Source: Octopus vulgaris (taxonomy: Eukaryota). Taken from it: a stretch of DNA of 64,000 bases. Every line of letters begins with the position of its first letter. The first letter of the stretch is position 1. This document shows positions 29,021-42,850 of this stretch, piece by piece. Location of the stretch: positions 25,544,001 through 25,608,000 of the forward strand of contig OX597827.1 in assembly GCA_951406725.2 (NCBI GenBank). Reading direction: 5' to 3'. The translations under genes and the position numbers were made by a program. The notes beneath the pieces are model-generated. The model was not told the origin of the DNA. It did not search any database and saw only the letters and a program-made list of their open reading frames with translations.

Positions 29021-29621
29021 AATGTAACTATGCTTCTCCCTTATACTAGAATTTAAATCTCAAATTTTAAGGAATTATTTCATGTTTCGAAAACCGAGAA
29101 TTTCAACAGGTGCAATTTAAAGAAGCAGGTTTACGCGCCTACGCCATCGATCTGGTTGACTGTCAGGTGATCTGCTTTAAATTTTATGAATTCACTAAAT
29201 GACACCAGACCTGCAACTCATCTGGTTTTGTCGTGTGTTATTCAAAATTTAGAGTAAAATAACACCAAAAAATAGATTCTCTGAGTATTCTTCAATTAAC
29301 CTTTAACTATGTGTCTTGCATAATAACTGGGACAATAATTCAATCCAATCTGCTGCTTCCTTATGGCACTGGTTTCTCTAAATCATTGTTTGTGAATAGT
29401 AACGCACGGTTACTATCCTCTTCCAGATATAGACTCGAAACCATCATAAAAATTATTTGCTTCTAAGGGAGCTCGACAACCCAAACACAAGATGCCTAGG
29501 TCTCTCTCTTTCTTTCTCTTTCTCTCTTTCTTTCACCCTTTCTCTCTCTCCCTCTATCTATCACTAGGATAATTTTTCACAGAAATGTAATTTCAGAATA
29601 TAAAATATTTTCCATATAATT

Positions 29622-29658
<37 letters not shown>

Positions 29659-29661
29659 ATG

Positions 29662-29701
<40 letters not shown>

Positions 29702-29864
29702 CATACATACATATATACATGCACGCACGCGCACACATGAGGATCATATGTTTATAAATATATATGATTATTCGTGGAGCTTTAGATCTCTATACATGTC
29801 CACACACATGCACACGCATATTTACAGGTAAAATATATATTTATACATACACACACACATATAT

Positions 29865-29897
<33 letters not shown>

Positions 29898-29962
29898 TAT
29901 ATATACTTATGTACAAATATGTGGACGTGTGTATATATATACATATATATATATATTTATAC

Positions 29963-30026
<64 letters not shown>

Positions 30027-30059
30027 TATATATATTTATACGTATATATATATTTATAC

Positions 30060-30136
<77 letters not shown>

Positions 30137-30149
30137 TGCATATATATTC

Positions 30150-30708
30150 AAATTCGTGCATAGATACATACATAAATGGAGCTGCGCAAAGGACTTCATA
30201 GCAGATAATATAAAACATTAGATATAAAATTAGAAATGGCATGTATTTTCAAAGATGTGGTTTGGTTGCGATGGTGAAAATTGTTAGAGGATGGAGAAGG
30301 ATGAAATTGTTTTCAATTTACTTTTAATTCGGCAACATAGCGATATTGTTATTATTTGTTTTGTTTTGATATTTAGTCATTCTTATATATGTGCTTGTTT
30401 TTGTTTCTTTTTATTTTAATATATAATTTTACTTTTATATTCGGTTGAATTGATTTATTTTCCATCAGTCAGCACAAAACTCTACTTAGATTTTTCGGTT
30501 TAATAGTAAACATACCACATCGTCATCAACAACAACACCAATATTAAAAATATAATAATTGATAAAGTAATTTAAAAACTGAGTTATTTTAAAATATATT
30601 TCAGTTTTAATTAACTTTCTGTTAAGGTAGTATTTGTTTAAAGATTAGATTTCTCTGTACACTTTACATAAAAATATGCATTCTAGATAGATTGATGGAT
30701 AGATAGAT

Positions 30709-30760
<52 letters not shown>

Positions 30761-30791
30761 TTAGATAGATAGATAGATAGATAGATAGATT

Positions 30792-30853
<62 letters not shown>

Positions 30854-32742
30854 GAGATAGATAACTTCCTTTATTGGCCACACACAGCTGAACACAGGTA
30901 GATAGATAACGAGAGATAGATAGATTGATAGATAGAGAGAGAGAGAGAAGGGGAGAGAGACATATATGGACAGGGAAGGCTTATATCAGGAATAACCATA
31001 AATTAAGAAAAATGGGATCTCGAAGTGATCTTTTTCCTTATATTTTGCTTCCTTAGCCTTTTGTTTCTTTACTATTAATCGTTTACTCGTCTATTGGTTG
31101 CTGTCACTGGATTTGGACCATGCTTGTGTACCGTATTGAATGTGTTTACTGCAATACATAGAATCTAGTGCTTCACCTGTTATTCATTTTATCGATCTTT
31201 ACTAATCCATAAGCTTCTTATCCTCAAACGAAGTCAAAACCAATAGAACTGTCAGTAGTGCTGCTAAGCGCTGGCACTCTGTTATTACTCACAGAACTCA
31301 TCTTTGGTGAACTATAGCCGCCTGCACCAAAAGAGTATGTGGAAAGTTATACTACAAACCCCTATACGACACAAACATAAGGATCGGTGTTCTAAAGTCA
31401 TCCCCTCACGCATTAGTAAGTGTTTTGGAACAACATTTCCTACAAGACCATATAAGTATAATTTCAGCTATATAGGGGATAGGGAATAGGGAACATATTC
31501 CTCAACATAGAGAGCCAGAATGTAGGAATTCGCATCCTCAAAAATATCGTTATGGATCTGCAGGCAATTGAGGAAATATGGACGAAATACTTCTAAGCAT
31601 TTCGCCCTGTGGCGCGATAGAGTTTCTGCCAGGTCACTGCCTTACAGTTGCCTAAATATTGGTTTTAGATAGTGAATAGGATAAGTCGATTACGTAGACC
31701 CTGGTGCTCAACTGGTACTTATTTTATCGACCCCGAAAGTACATATTATAGCGTTATAACATGTTCTTTACAAAAGTTTGTTACAAAGAAGACTTTCGAA
31801 AACTGCCTGCGCCCATGAGCAGGCAGTTTTGAAAACAGAAGAAAGTATGAACGAATGCGAGTCTCATACTAATGACCCAACATTTAGGAATGGACATAAA
31901 TTCAATTCCAAAATACCCAAAAAGAAATATGAATAAGTGTCTATGCTAAGTTTCAGGCTCCTAACTGCAAAAACGTGGTCTTTAAATAGAAACAAAGCTC
32001 GATATGTTCTCAATATGATCTTTGAATTATTATGAACTGTTTCCCTCCACGAAGTTTCACTCATGAATTATTGTTGAAACCGAGGCCAAAATATCATATT
32101 GTTTTTAAACTTTTAGACGTTTCAGTCATTTGACTGTGGCCATGTTGGTGCACCGCCTTCAGTCGAACGAATCGACTGCAGGACTTATTCTTTGTAAGCC
32201 TAGTACTTATTCTATCGGTCTCTTTTGCCGAACCAGTTAAGTTTTGGGGACGTAAACACAACAACAACGATTGTCAAGCGATGTGGGGGGAAATAAACAC
32301 AGACACAAAGGACACACACACACACAAACACATGTATCTGTCTCTCTATCTATCTATATATCTATCTATCTATCTATTTTCAGTTTCCATGTGCCAAATC
32401 CACTAACAAGGATTTGGTCTGTCCGAGGCTATAGCAGAAGGCACTTGCCCAAGGTACCACGCAGTAGGACTGAACCCGAAACCACACAGCCACACCACAT
32501 TAACATATATAAAAATGACTAAATATCAAAACAAAAATAATAACAATATCGCTATGTTGCCGAATTAAAAGTAAATTGAAAACAATTTCATCCTTCTCCA
32601 TCCTCTAACAATTTTCACCATCGCAACCAAACCACATCTTTGAAAATACATGCCATTTCTAATTTTATATCTAATGTTTTATATTATCTGCTATGAAGTC
32701 CTTTGCGCAGCTCCATTTATGTATGTATCTATGCACGAATTT
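30150..32742. repeat. ~240-bp near-identical inverted repeat with arms 2.1 kb apart
   Basis: 30150-30391 is the reverse complement of 32504-32742 apart from a small indel and about one substitution. Confidence 0.92.
32120..32495 (-). mobile_element. SINE family A
   Basis: Tail tttcagtcatttgactgtggccatg and head aaccacacagccacacc. Confidence 0.8.
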
Positions 32743-34290
32743 TAGTATCTAGCGCTGATCTAGCCCTGGCCTGTTTGGTGGCGAAGGAAATGCCGTAATC
32801 CCACAGCTAATGTCTTTAAGTTTAGATATTTTCAACACGTGTTAATATTTCAGAGATATAAAGAATCGCTTTAACATTTAATATTCTACTCACATGATGG
32901 TGAAAGATTATCGAAAGCCAAAAGATTTTTTACTGCTTCGGCTTTTACATTTGCAAACATTATATATAATTTTATTGTCCAACCTGTCTTTGGATACTGC
33001 TGTTATATTGAAATGCTTCGTGTTACCTGTAAAGTAATTCATGGGAACGAGAATATTTTGATTTCATACACTTAAGCCAAAATGAGCATGGCTGAAGAAA
33101 TTTAATGAAGATTGAGTTAAATGCCTTAAAGCTGGTTAAAATACGCGAAAGAATTATTTCCCTTTAGTTTTCCTTAAGATCTGTGTGTCACATGTTACTA
33201 GCTTTTGTTTCGTCCTTTTATCGAGAGTATTCTAAATTTTGCAGTGAACTTGGATAACAAGATTACGTTAAATAAACCCATGTAAACATTTCATAGATGC
33301 TGTCTAAAGTAAAAAAAAAAAAGACTAAGAAAAAACAACAACAAAAACAAACAAACAAAGAAACTAGGAACTACTATATCTACACGGGAAAAGTAACAAG
33401 AAACACTTTACAGGTAGTTAGCATAATCTTTTTATATCTCTTTATCTCATTTTTTTCCCATACTAAATTTGATCCTAGAATAATTATTTGAAGTATAATT
33501 ACTATCGTCAACAACTCAACAGTGTGGAGTCATTGATAAAGACGTTAGTGAACGAAAGATAGAGATAAAAAAAACATTCTTTCCATTCATTTCGGTGCAG
33601 TGTATTAATTAAAAATGGTTGCTTTGACTATCTCATCGCTTCTCTTTAAACTTACCTTTCTCTCAGATCACGGTGACACTCGTTAAGTCGTATTATGCAC
33701 CGAGTTTCACTATTTTTGCTATCTCTTGCAACGTTTTATTGAATTTTCAATAACTGTAATTGATTAGCAAAACTGAATCAGCAGCAACGCTGATGGAAAT
33801 CGATAAGAAAAAAATATAGATAAATGAAAACTCATCGATTTTCTTTTTTCAAGAAAAGAAGTTATATATTGTGAATAATCATTGGTTGTCCTAGATTACT
33901 GAGAGACACGTTATTTGTACCGAGTTTTACTAAGATGCTCTTCGAGAAATACGTGGATGCGGAGAAAAACGTTCATACAATTCCTTCTGGTTAACCTATA
34001 CTGAGTGAGCGTAGGTGTATGTCGTCAGTGTGTGCGTCTGTGTTATGTATATATGTATACATGCAAGTTGGTATGCGTGAATTCACTTATTTCTTGCTGA
34101 CGGTTCACTTCGGCTATACTCTGATTTCCTTATCTATCTTAATTTCTCTCTTAATCTCTCTCTACCCTCTGTCTTGTCACTACATATACATACATATACA
34201 TACATATATGTGTATATACATACACACACACATATATATTTATATTATATATATATACATACATATATATATACATACATACATAGAAAA

Positions 34291-34443
34291 GATGCTGTGT
34301 GTTAAGAGGCTTGCTTCCCAAACACATGGTCCGCGTTTAGTTCCACTGCGTGGCACCTTGGTCAAGTGTCTTCTACTATGGCCTCGAGCTGACCCAAGCC
34401 TTATGAGTGGATTTCGTAGATGGAAACTGAAAGAAGCTCGTTA
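34291..34443 (+). mobile_element. SINE family A, 5' half
   Basis: ccactgcgtggcaccttggtcaagtgtcttctactat...gtggatttcgtagatggaaactgaaagaagc. Confidence 0.75.
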
Positions 34444-34558
34444 TATATATATATATATATAAAGTTAATCCAAACAAGAAAGCACAAAAAACACAACAAC
34501 GCGAGGACGTGGAACAAATATAGTATTATTGGACCCTCAGGAAAGAAGGAAAAGGAGG

Positions 34559-34593
34559 GTCTAACGTTTCGAGCGGAGCTCTTCGTCGGAAAC
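34559..34593 (-). ncRNA. Minimal hammerhead motif inside a ~200-bp Penelope-type terminal-repeat fragment (34461-34665)
   Basis: Minus strand: gttt-CCGACGA-a-gagc(tcc)gctc-GAAA-cg-TT-agac. Palindromic AACGTT stem III; U4C variant core. Confidence 0.65.
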
Positions 34594-35067
34594 ATAGGAG
34601 AAGGAAAGATCCAGAGAAGGGAAGACAGAGGAAAAAAATCGCCAACGGTACACACGCGGTCACATGCATGTATGTATGTATAACAAGCTACTTTCATTTT
34701 CGTTTTTATTTATAGATTTTTGTTGCATAAAAAGACTTGCATAGACATTGAAATGTCCCATCTACAACTTACACGTAAATATCCGGTTAAATTTTGCTTA
34801 TTACCCCATTTATTTTTCGTTCTTGATTTTTAGTAATAACTTTTTGGGATGTTTTTACCTTAAATTCTTCACAATGTCGAGAATGGCTATACATAACTTT
34901 AATTATAATTCTTATTATAATTTTTCTTACATATTTGTATTGCTCATTGAAACGTTCGTAGGTACTTATTAAATCTAATTTTGTTTTTTGTCATCTTTTC
35001 TCCATTTTTGTAATTGTTTATGGTATCTTTATACCTATAACAAACTTTTTCAATCATATATAAATAT

Positions 35068-36220
35068 GTTTCAGTCATTTGAATGCGGCCATGCTGGATT
35101 TACGCCTTTAGTCGAACAAATCAACCATAGTACTTATTCTTTGTAAGCCTAGTTTTATTATATGAGTCTCATTGCCGAACCGCTAAGTTACAGGGCGTAA
35201 ACACACCACTATCAGGTTTTATGCAATGGTGGGCGAAAAAACACAGACACACAAACACATACATATATATGTGTGTATATTTATATGTGTGTGTGAGTGT
35301 ATGTGTGTGTGTGTGAGTGTGTGTGTGTGTCTGTAATGAAAGAAAAATATATCAAAACATTATTAACTTCCAACGGAAGTCAATCTCAAAGGGGGAGATG
35401 GTGTGGCGAGAGTCATTGACACCCCTGGGAATTTGGAAGATTGGACTAGCGGAACTCTTATAAAGAGTATATTGGCGGCGGCGAGCTGGCAGAAACGTTA
35501 GCACGCCGGGCGAAATGCGTAGCCGTATTTCGTCTGGGTTCAAACTCCGCCGAGGTCGACTTTGCCTTTCATCCTTTCGGGGTCGATAAATTAAGTACCA
35601 GTTACGCACTGGGGTCGATGTAATCGACTAAATCCGTTTGTCCGTCCTTATTTGTCCCTTCTATGTTTAGCCCCTTGTGGGTAGTAAAGAAATAGATATT
35701 CAGTGAACGTTTTGGTAGTCTCGCAAAGTACCTCGTGTGAACAGGTGGAGGTTTAATCGATGTGTTCACACGAGGTACTTTGCGAGACTACCAAAACGTT
35801 CTCTGAATATCACCGACCTATACTCTTTATAAGAGTTCCGCTAGTCCAATCTTCCAAATTCCCAGGGGTGTCAATGACTCTCGCCACACCATCTCCCCCT
35901 TTGAGATTGACTTCCGTTGGAAGTTAATAATGTTTTGATATATTTTTCTTTCATTACAGACACACACACACACTCACACACACACATACACTCACACACA
36001 CATATAAATATACACACATATATATGTATGTGTTTGTGTGTCTGTGTTTTTTCGCCCACCATTGCATCAAACCTGATAGTGGTGTGTTTACGCCCTGTAA
36101 CTTAGCGGTTCGGCAATGAGACTCATATAATAAAACTAGGCTTACAAAGAATAAGTACTATGGTTGATTTGTTCGACTAAAGGCGTAAATCCAGCATGGC
36201 CGCATTCAAATGACTGAAAC
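35068..36220. repeat. ~1.15-kb fold-back palindrome with a 19-nt spacer; the left arm carries an extra SINE
   Basis: 35068-35471 plus 35695-35743 are the reverse complement of 35763-36220. Spacer ggtggaggtttaatcgatg at 35744-35762. Confidence 0.93.
35475..35694 (+). mobile_element. SINE family B, well-preserved full-length copy
   Basis: ggcggcgagctggcagaaacgttagcacgccgggcgaaatg...gttcaaactcc...ggggtcgataaattaagtacc...gtaaagaaata. Confidence 0.88.
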
Positions 36221-36400
36221 AAGTATGATAATAAAAGAATATTATGTATATATATATATATATATATATATAACTTTATCTGCCGAAGCCATGTCTAACT
36301 TACCAGTGTCATTATAAGATGAATCTCTTCAATCTATAGGTTGGTAACTAAGCATTGAATTTATGATCCCTTTATGAGATTTATTACCTTTACTAAAAGT

Positions 36401-36448
<48 letters not shown>

Positions 36449-36639
36449 AAAGGACCAAGGCAGGTGTATGAATAACGAGCAAGAGTATTAGTTTGATTCT
36501 AGAAAAATTGAAAAAAGTCTTTTATGTATGTATATCGCTTGGTTGGGCGACCTTAGTGAAGGTAGAAAACCTCATGAGAAGTCCTAAACTTTTCGTGAAA
36601 ATTTGATTAAACATCTCCAATGAGTACATACTACCAGTG

Positions 36640-37050
36640 AAAATTTACAGCCGTGAAACGGGCTCTCAACACTATCCTCACGGATACCCTCATTGTAGCC
36701 TGAAGGAAAATGGAATGAATCATGCTAGGCACCACATTGCAGAACAAGAAAATCAACGTATGGTTTGGACAGCACATGAAAGTCAATGACATTATTAGAA
36801 CCACCAAATTGAACAAATGTATGTGGGCTGACCACTTGGCCCGACTGAAAGAGAAGAGATGGACAGTGGAATGGATTAGCAGACAATGAACAACAAGACA
36901 ACGGACAAGATCAAGAAACAGACCAAATACAAGGTAACAAGACGTTCGCATCCGCCACATGGGTCCTACATGGGTCAAGACTGGCCAGTGACAGTGGTCG
37001 AAGAAGCAAAGGCAGGGGTTACTTGTTCAAAAGCGATGAAGCCCTGAATA
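36640..37050 (+). mobile_element. 3' fragment of an RTE-like LINE
   Basis: Decayed translation ME.IMLGTTL..KKINVW..VNDII..KCMWADHLARLKEKRWTVEWI, followed by (CATA)n. Confidence 0.6.
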
Positions 37051-39857
37051 TTTGGCATACATACATAAATACATACACACATACATACATACATACATAC
37101 ATACACACATACATACATACATACATACATACATACATACATACATACATGCATACATACATACATACAAGATACACTTTCAGTTTCATATCTATTCTCA
37201 TTGGAGAAGCAGGGTGTCCCCTAAGCCGTCTGGACGGAAGTATAGCTGAACTTGGAATCTGGCGGAGAGAATGCAAATTCTTAATTCATAAGCAACGAAT
37301 GATTACGATATCTGGAGCTATAAAAATCTGTAGGACGTTCTTAATATTAATGATGGTTAAAAGAAGATTCTTTCCTTCACGACCTTGCTACCAAGAAGGC
37401 GGACGGTCAAAATTACTTTAAATTAAAAAGAGAAAGAGCAGGCATGCAGACATACATAGATACACGCACACTCACACACACACACACTCATATGTCTAGG
37501 TGCATTAATCGCTTTGGAATTTTTATTTTATTTTACGACCTGAATTTTGTTTTTAAATCGGAATTGTTCTTATTAAAAAACAAATAAAAATTAGACGCCG
37601 TGAAAAATTGTGGCGGTTTGCATCGGCATAAATCATTTAATAATATTCGCACATTTGGCTAATTTATTGTACCGTGAAACATCAACAATCCTAAAGATTT
37701 GTGTAAAGTTCTTTGTCAGGCAAGACTGTTTTTAATGTTTATGGTAGCACCGTGCATAAATGTTGACGAAGAATTTTGATACTTTTGTTGGTTCATGAGA
37801 ATACTTTTCTGATTAATTTTTTTTCGCTAATTTCGTCGAAAAGCAACAGAAATAAATCAGACGAGCCTTTTTACATTTCTTGTTTTGTTGACTCATGTTT
37901 TATAATTTATAGTTCAGTATGCATTTTAGCGTTTCTTGAAAAAAATAATTTGTCGGTTTTACTGCTAGACTGATGCTTATGTTGGTGGACTGTCCCTAAT
38001 AGGAAGTGGTTATTTGAGTGTTAAGTGACTTGTCTAAGAAAATAAAGAAGTGTCACTATGATTGAGGTCCTATGTTTTATTCACTTCCTCATCTGTACTC
38101 TCTCTATACTAATATACAGCATGTATACAAATAAGCGTTTTGTTTCACAAACGACAGAAAGCGTACATATAATGTTGAGTTCAAGTATTATATGCAGCTT
38201 GTTCTGCCTACTCAGACTATACAGTGTTTCACGTTACTCCAGGCGATGACCTTTCTTCGTGTAGTTTCATATAGTTATGCGATAGACGGAAAACGTTTTG
38301 CTCATATGGATTCCATTGTCTCAGGTCACATAGTTCTGATGTCGCTTCATGAGTTTCGCAAATGAGTTCAACATTTAGGGCAAAAGATTTCGATCTGTAT
38401 ATGAAGGACATTTCAATTCGTATTGGCAAGATAAACTTTCCCGTCTTAAAGATTTCGTTTTCCCGAACTGCAAAAAAAAAAAAAAAAAAGGCATTAGGCA
38501 CAAAGTATTACAGATTGATAAAGAAGAGATAACAACAAAAAATAAAATCAAAGTTGTGTCAGGTAAAAAATAACGCTTAAAAAGCAACCAAAGAGATACC
38601 AGTACTCGCAGAATAAGCTCTCCAGGAAAAACGAAAGGAAATTCTACCAACTGCTAAACATAGCAGAGTAACATCTGGAGAATGACGTGTCAGATGGTGA
38701 AGCAGTAAGGGACGTCTGGTTAGAAATTCGGCTGAAAGCTCATCATATTAAAAAAGGTTGGTGTAAGAACTTAAAATCGAAACAGAAACAGGAGATGGAG
38801 TAAAACAACAATGGCGGTTTAAAAAGGTGAAACAGATGATCAAGAAGATACCAATTTGGAAATATTTTCCTTGGGCCAAAAGGGGTTGAGAGATTCTGTC
38901 CCAGAATTTTTTGAAATATACTAGGTCGTATGAAAGTTTCTTTCTGGCTGAAAGAAAATGGAACGCCAACATGGGTGACATAAAGACACTGCTGATACAT
39001 AGGGGTAAAGACAAGAAAGGGTAATTTATTATAAGACCTCTTATATTGGCTTGGCTTAGCTTCATGCCCTTGCTTGATGTAGGTGGGATCATTCCTAGTT
39101 AGAGACGCCATCATGCGTAGAACCAACCAGGTCCATCAGTGTTCTCCAAGCTGGCGGTACCGTGCCAACCACTCTGCATCATCCATGGTGATCTATTAAA
39201 TGCTTACCACTATTCTCAAAATTATTATCCGTCCTCATAGCAGAAGAAATATATAATTTATGGGAGAGAAATCTATTGGTAGAGGAGCAAAGTTGAAGCA
39301 GAAAGAAGTCAAAAGGAGCTGCTAATCCACTGAATATCAATAGTAGGATACTATATTAGGTATGACTAAGAAAGAAGTCTTCAGCTGCTATTGGATGGAT
39401 AAACTAAAAAAAGTCTTACAACTAGGTTTAGCGCTGCTGATTCTTAGAGCGCATGAGAACGTTCGGAATCAATGTGAAGCTAAACAGCATTTTTGAAAAG
39501 GTAATGAGTACGTAGAAAGTAGAACATGTCAAATGAATCGTTAAGAAACGAGGAATTTTCAGTCTCTTAGATACTACTTGGCAACTACATGGCTCCACCT
39601 GTTGCATTGTGAACCATGCGACATGTATGTCCCAGCGGAACATCTTGTGCTTTCGGTATTCTGTTAGCCCATCGTTAACTCACCTCCAATCTCGAATTAC
39701 GTGAGATTTCAGTGTCGATGTCTTTGTGTATATTCATCATGTGCTCCAAGTACAAGTAATCTTTCACCATTCCGATTTCATCGCTTCCCATCTATGTGTT
39801 TGTAAGTATATATGCATAGATATAATTACATATATATATACATATATATATATATAC

Positions 39858-39910
<53 letters not shown>

Positions 39911-40416
39911 CATACATATATATATGTATGTGTTTGTGTGTGTGTAGAAAGTTGAAAAGTAACACACGAGTTCATATGTATAGGGAAAATAGGACAAGGT
40001 AGAAAATACTAAAATAATTTTATCGTAAAGAACATTTTAGTACCGGTTTCACACATTGCGACTTTTTAAATTTAGAGTTAAGCCTGAACAACAATTAAAT
40101 TGTGGAAGAATTAAATGAAATGCTTTAAAAAGTATTTTCATAGTCTAATACATGGGACATTTAAATTTTTTCTGTTTCTGTCTCTCTCTTTTTTGTGAAG
40201 TCTGAGCTGGTAGGCAGTAGCAGGTCTGAAGGAATATGTAATATGAGGGATGTGGGCACTTGGTTTTGATTGTTTAAGTAGCAGTAGCCGAGGAGGGGAC
40301 CGCGAAGTAGAAGACGACGACGACGAAGAGAAGGAAAAGGAAGGAATAGAAGAGAAAGAATAAGAAAACCCATGTATGTAAATGTGTGTACATAGGAGTG
40401 TGCCTGTGAGTATATA

Positions 40417-40492
<76 letters not shown>

Positions 40493-41237
40493 CATATATG
40501 TATATAAATATACATATATATATAAATTGTATATTAAATATCTATATATACTATATACACACAACACACGTGCCCACACACGACTCACATATACATACAC
40601 TGGCACAGACACGCACACATGTACGCACAGTGATACAGACACAGACAGATACACTCACACAGAGAGGCACATACACACAAACACACACACGCAGAAGCAC
40701 ACACACACACTCGATTATTATGATTAATTCTGACGTTTTTGCGTCGAGCAAAAATATTGAACGATTTCGATTTCCCCTGTCAAAATTTGTTTACTTTAAC
40801 TGTTTTGCAGACCTTTAAAAATACATCTTTCGTATAAAAATATTATTAAAAGAGAACGAAAAGATCAGCGAACGCTTACGGCAAGTTGAACCTATTCAGG
40901 TGACCGAAGACTTTCCAATATAGATATTATTAAAATCGAAGCGACTGTTTGATGTAAGGTCATGTTTCGTAGAGAGTGTGTTGTAGCATAGGTCAAACGT
41001 AGAAATGCGAGCGATAAAAGTTCAAATGGTTTACACTACTTCGATTTCACTAAATCCACATGTAAACAACATTGACGTTTTACAGAAGGTCAAGATGAGA
41101 TTGATCAAATGAAGGTTTTTCTGTCATACCGTTTGTTTCTTTTCTTCCGTTGCATTTAAAGGCAACTTGCGATATCTGTATTTATATTTTCCTATACCAT
41201 ATTGACACCACCAAATAATAATAATAATAACAACAAC

Positions 41238-41331
<94 letters not shown>

Positions 41332-41356
41332 TTAATAATAATGATAATGATAATAA

Positions 41357-41905
41357 ATGCCCTGATGCAGTACCAGGCAGTGGCTCTCATGGCTTCTGAT
41401 CTTAACTGATTGGAAGTGTTATTATGTACATTGCTTTGTCTTGATATAAAAGATGGGCTACAGCAAATATTCTGCTCAATACCACAGATTTGCTTGTCAG
41501 TTGTTTGACCTTAACCAGTTGAACGTGTCCCTTAGTGGCTGACGATATTTGCATCTCTGATCACGAGCTGAAGTAGTGGGGGAGCATCATAGCCATGTGT
41601 TGAAAGGAATTCTTAGAGGTTTGGATAATTCACCTTTGGAAACATGGGTGGTTCGTTCAACATCCTTAAACAATCCTTATTCAGGAACCTTTTGAGTGGA
41701 ATAGGCTACTCGACCAGAAGAAAATTCTAACTGGGCCCCACCTGCAAAGTCATACGCTGTTTATCTTGATATGAGATCACCATGTTGCTTACATATGGTT
41801 GTGATGCATGTGCCTGGTGTACCCTTATCAGACGGGTAGTCATGATGGGTATACTGGGCTTCGTATATTTGTACCCCAGTGTCACTTTGATGGCCTCTCA
41901 CTCAA
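41357..41905. mobile_element. ~550-bp non-coding interspersed repeat inserted in (AAT)n
   Basis: Sharply bounded, higher-GC segment between (AAT)n and (AAC/TAC/AAT)n tracts, with no credible ORF. Confidence 0.55.
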
Positions 41906-41939
41906 TACTACTACAACAACAACAACAACAACAACAACA

Positions 41940-42006
<67 letters not shown>

Positions 42007-42084
42007 ATAATAATAATAATAATAATAATGGTTTTAAAATTATTTTGACACAGATTCAGTAATATAACATCACCCTTCATGTTA

Positions 42085-42397
42085 AACTGATTCTTATTTT
42101 TTCGACCAAGAAAGGATTAAATGCAAGTCGACCTCAGCGGAATTTGATCTCGAAAATTAAAGGTTCGGAATAAACGCTGCTAAGCATTTCATCCGATTCA
42201 TTAAAGATTCGACCGATTCGCCGCTTTAATAGTAATACTTTCTACTTTTAGCACAAGGCCTGAAGTTTTGACGGAGGAAGTAATCTCATCTGATACTTGT
42301 TGATCTCAGCAGAATTTGAACTCAGAACGTAAAGACGGACGAAATGCTGTTAAGCACGTTGTCCGGCATTCTAATGTTTCTGCCAGAAGCTTCACTT
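42085..42397 (-). mobile_element. Two decayed family B SINEs
   Basis: gtcgacctcagcggaatttga...; gaatttgaactcagaacgtaaagacggacgaaatgc...ttctgccag. Confidence 0.7.
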
Positions 42398-42469
42398 TTA
42401 ATAATAACAATAACAACAACAACAACAACAACAATAATAATAATAATAATAATAATGATAATAATAATA

Positions 42470-42500
<31 letters not shown>

Positions 42501-42501
42501 T

Positions 42502-42850
42502 ATACGACCACAAACACGAAGACATCATCGAAAATGATAACAAAAAGATCCTGTGGGGTTTTATGATTCAGTGCCACCATGAGATAGAAAATAGGAAGCC
42601 AGACATAGTCTTAATTGAGAAAGAAAACAAACTATGCTGGATCATAGATATAGCATGGCCAGTTGACAAGGTATGCGATAAGGAAGAAAGAAAAGTCGAT
42701 AGATATGAAAGGTTAGCTTGGGAATTTAAGCAGTCGTGGTCGATGAAAAAGATATCAGTCGTACCAATAGGTGTCGGAGCCCTGGAAACAGTGAGCAAAA
42801 ATCTCGAGGAGTACATGGAACAAATAAATCAAGAGATGGTAAGTGCATAA
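42502..42850 (+). mobile_element. R4/Dong-like LINE restriction-like endonuclease fragment
   Basis: YDHKHEDIIEND..KILWGFMIQC...RKPDIVL...IIDIAWP...KEERKVDRYERLAWE...VVPIGVGAL, directly after (AAT)n. Confidence 0.78.

Noticed and set aside
38500-39800. Possible decayed LINE remnants (NGERLL-like motif on the minus strand near 39750)
   Set aside because: Too degenerate to assign family or boundaries.
40036-40076. Possible minus-strand hammerhead relic (GAAA-ccgg-TA-ctaaa)
   Set aside because: The CUGANGA half is unrecognisable, so it is too degenerate to call.
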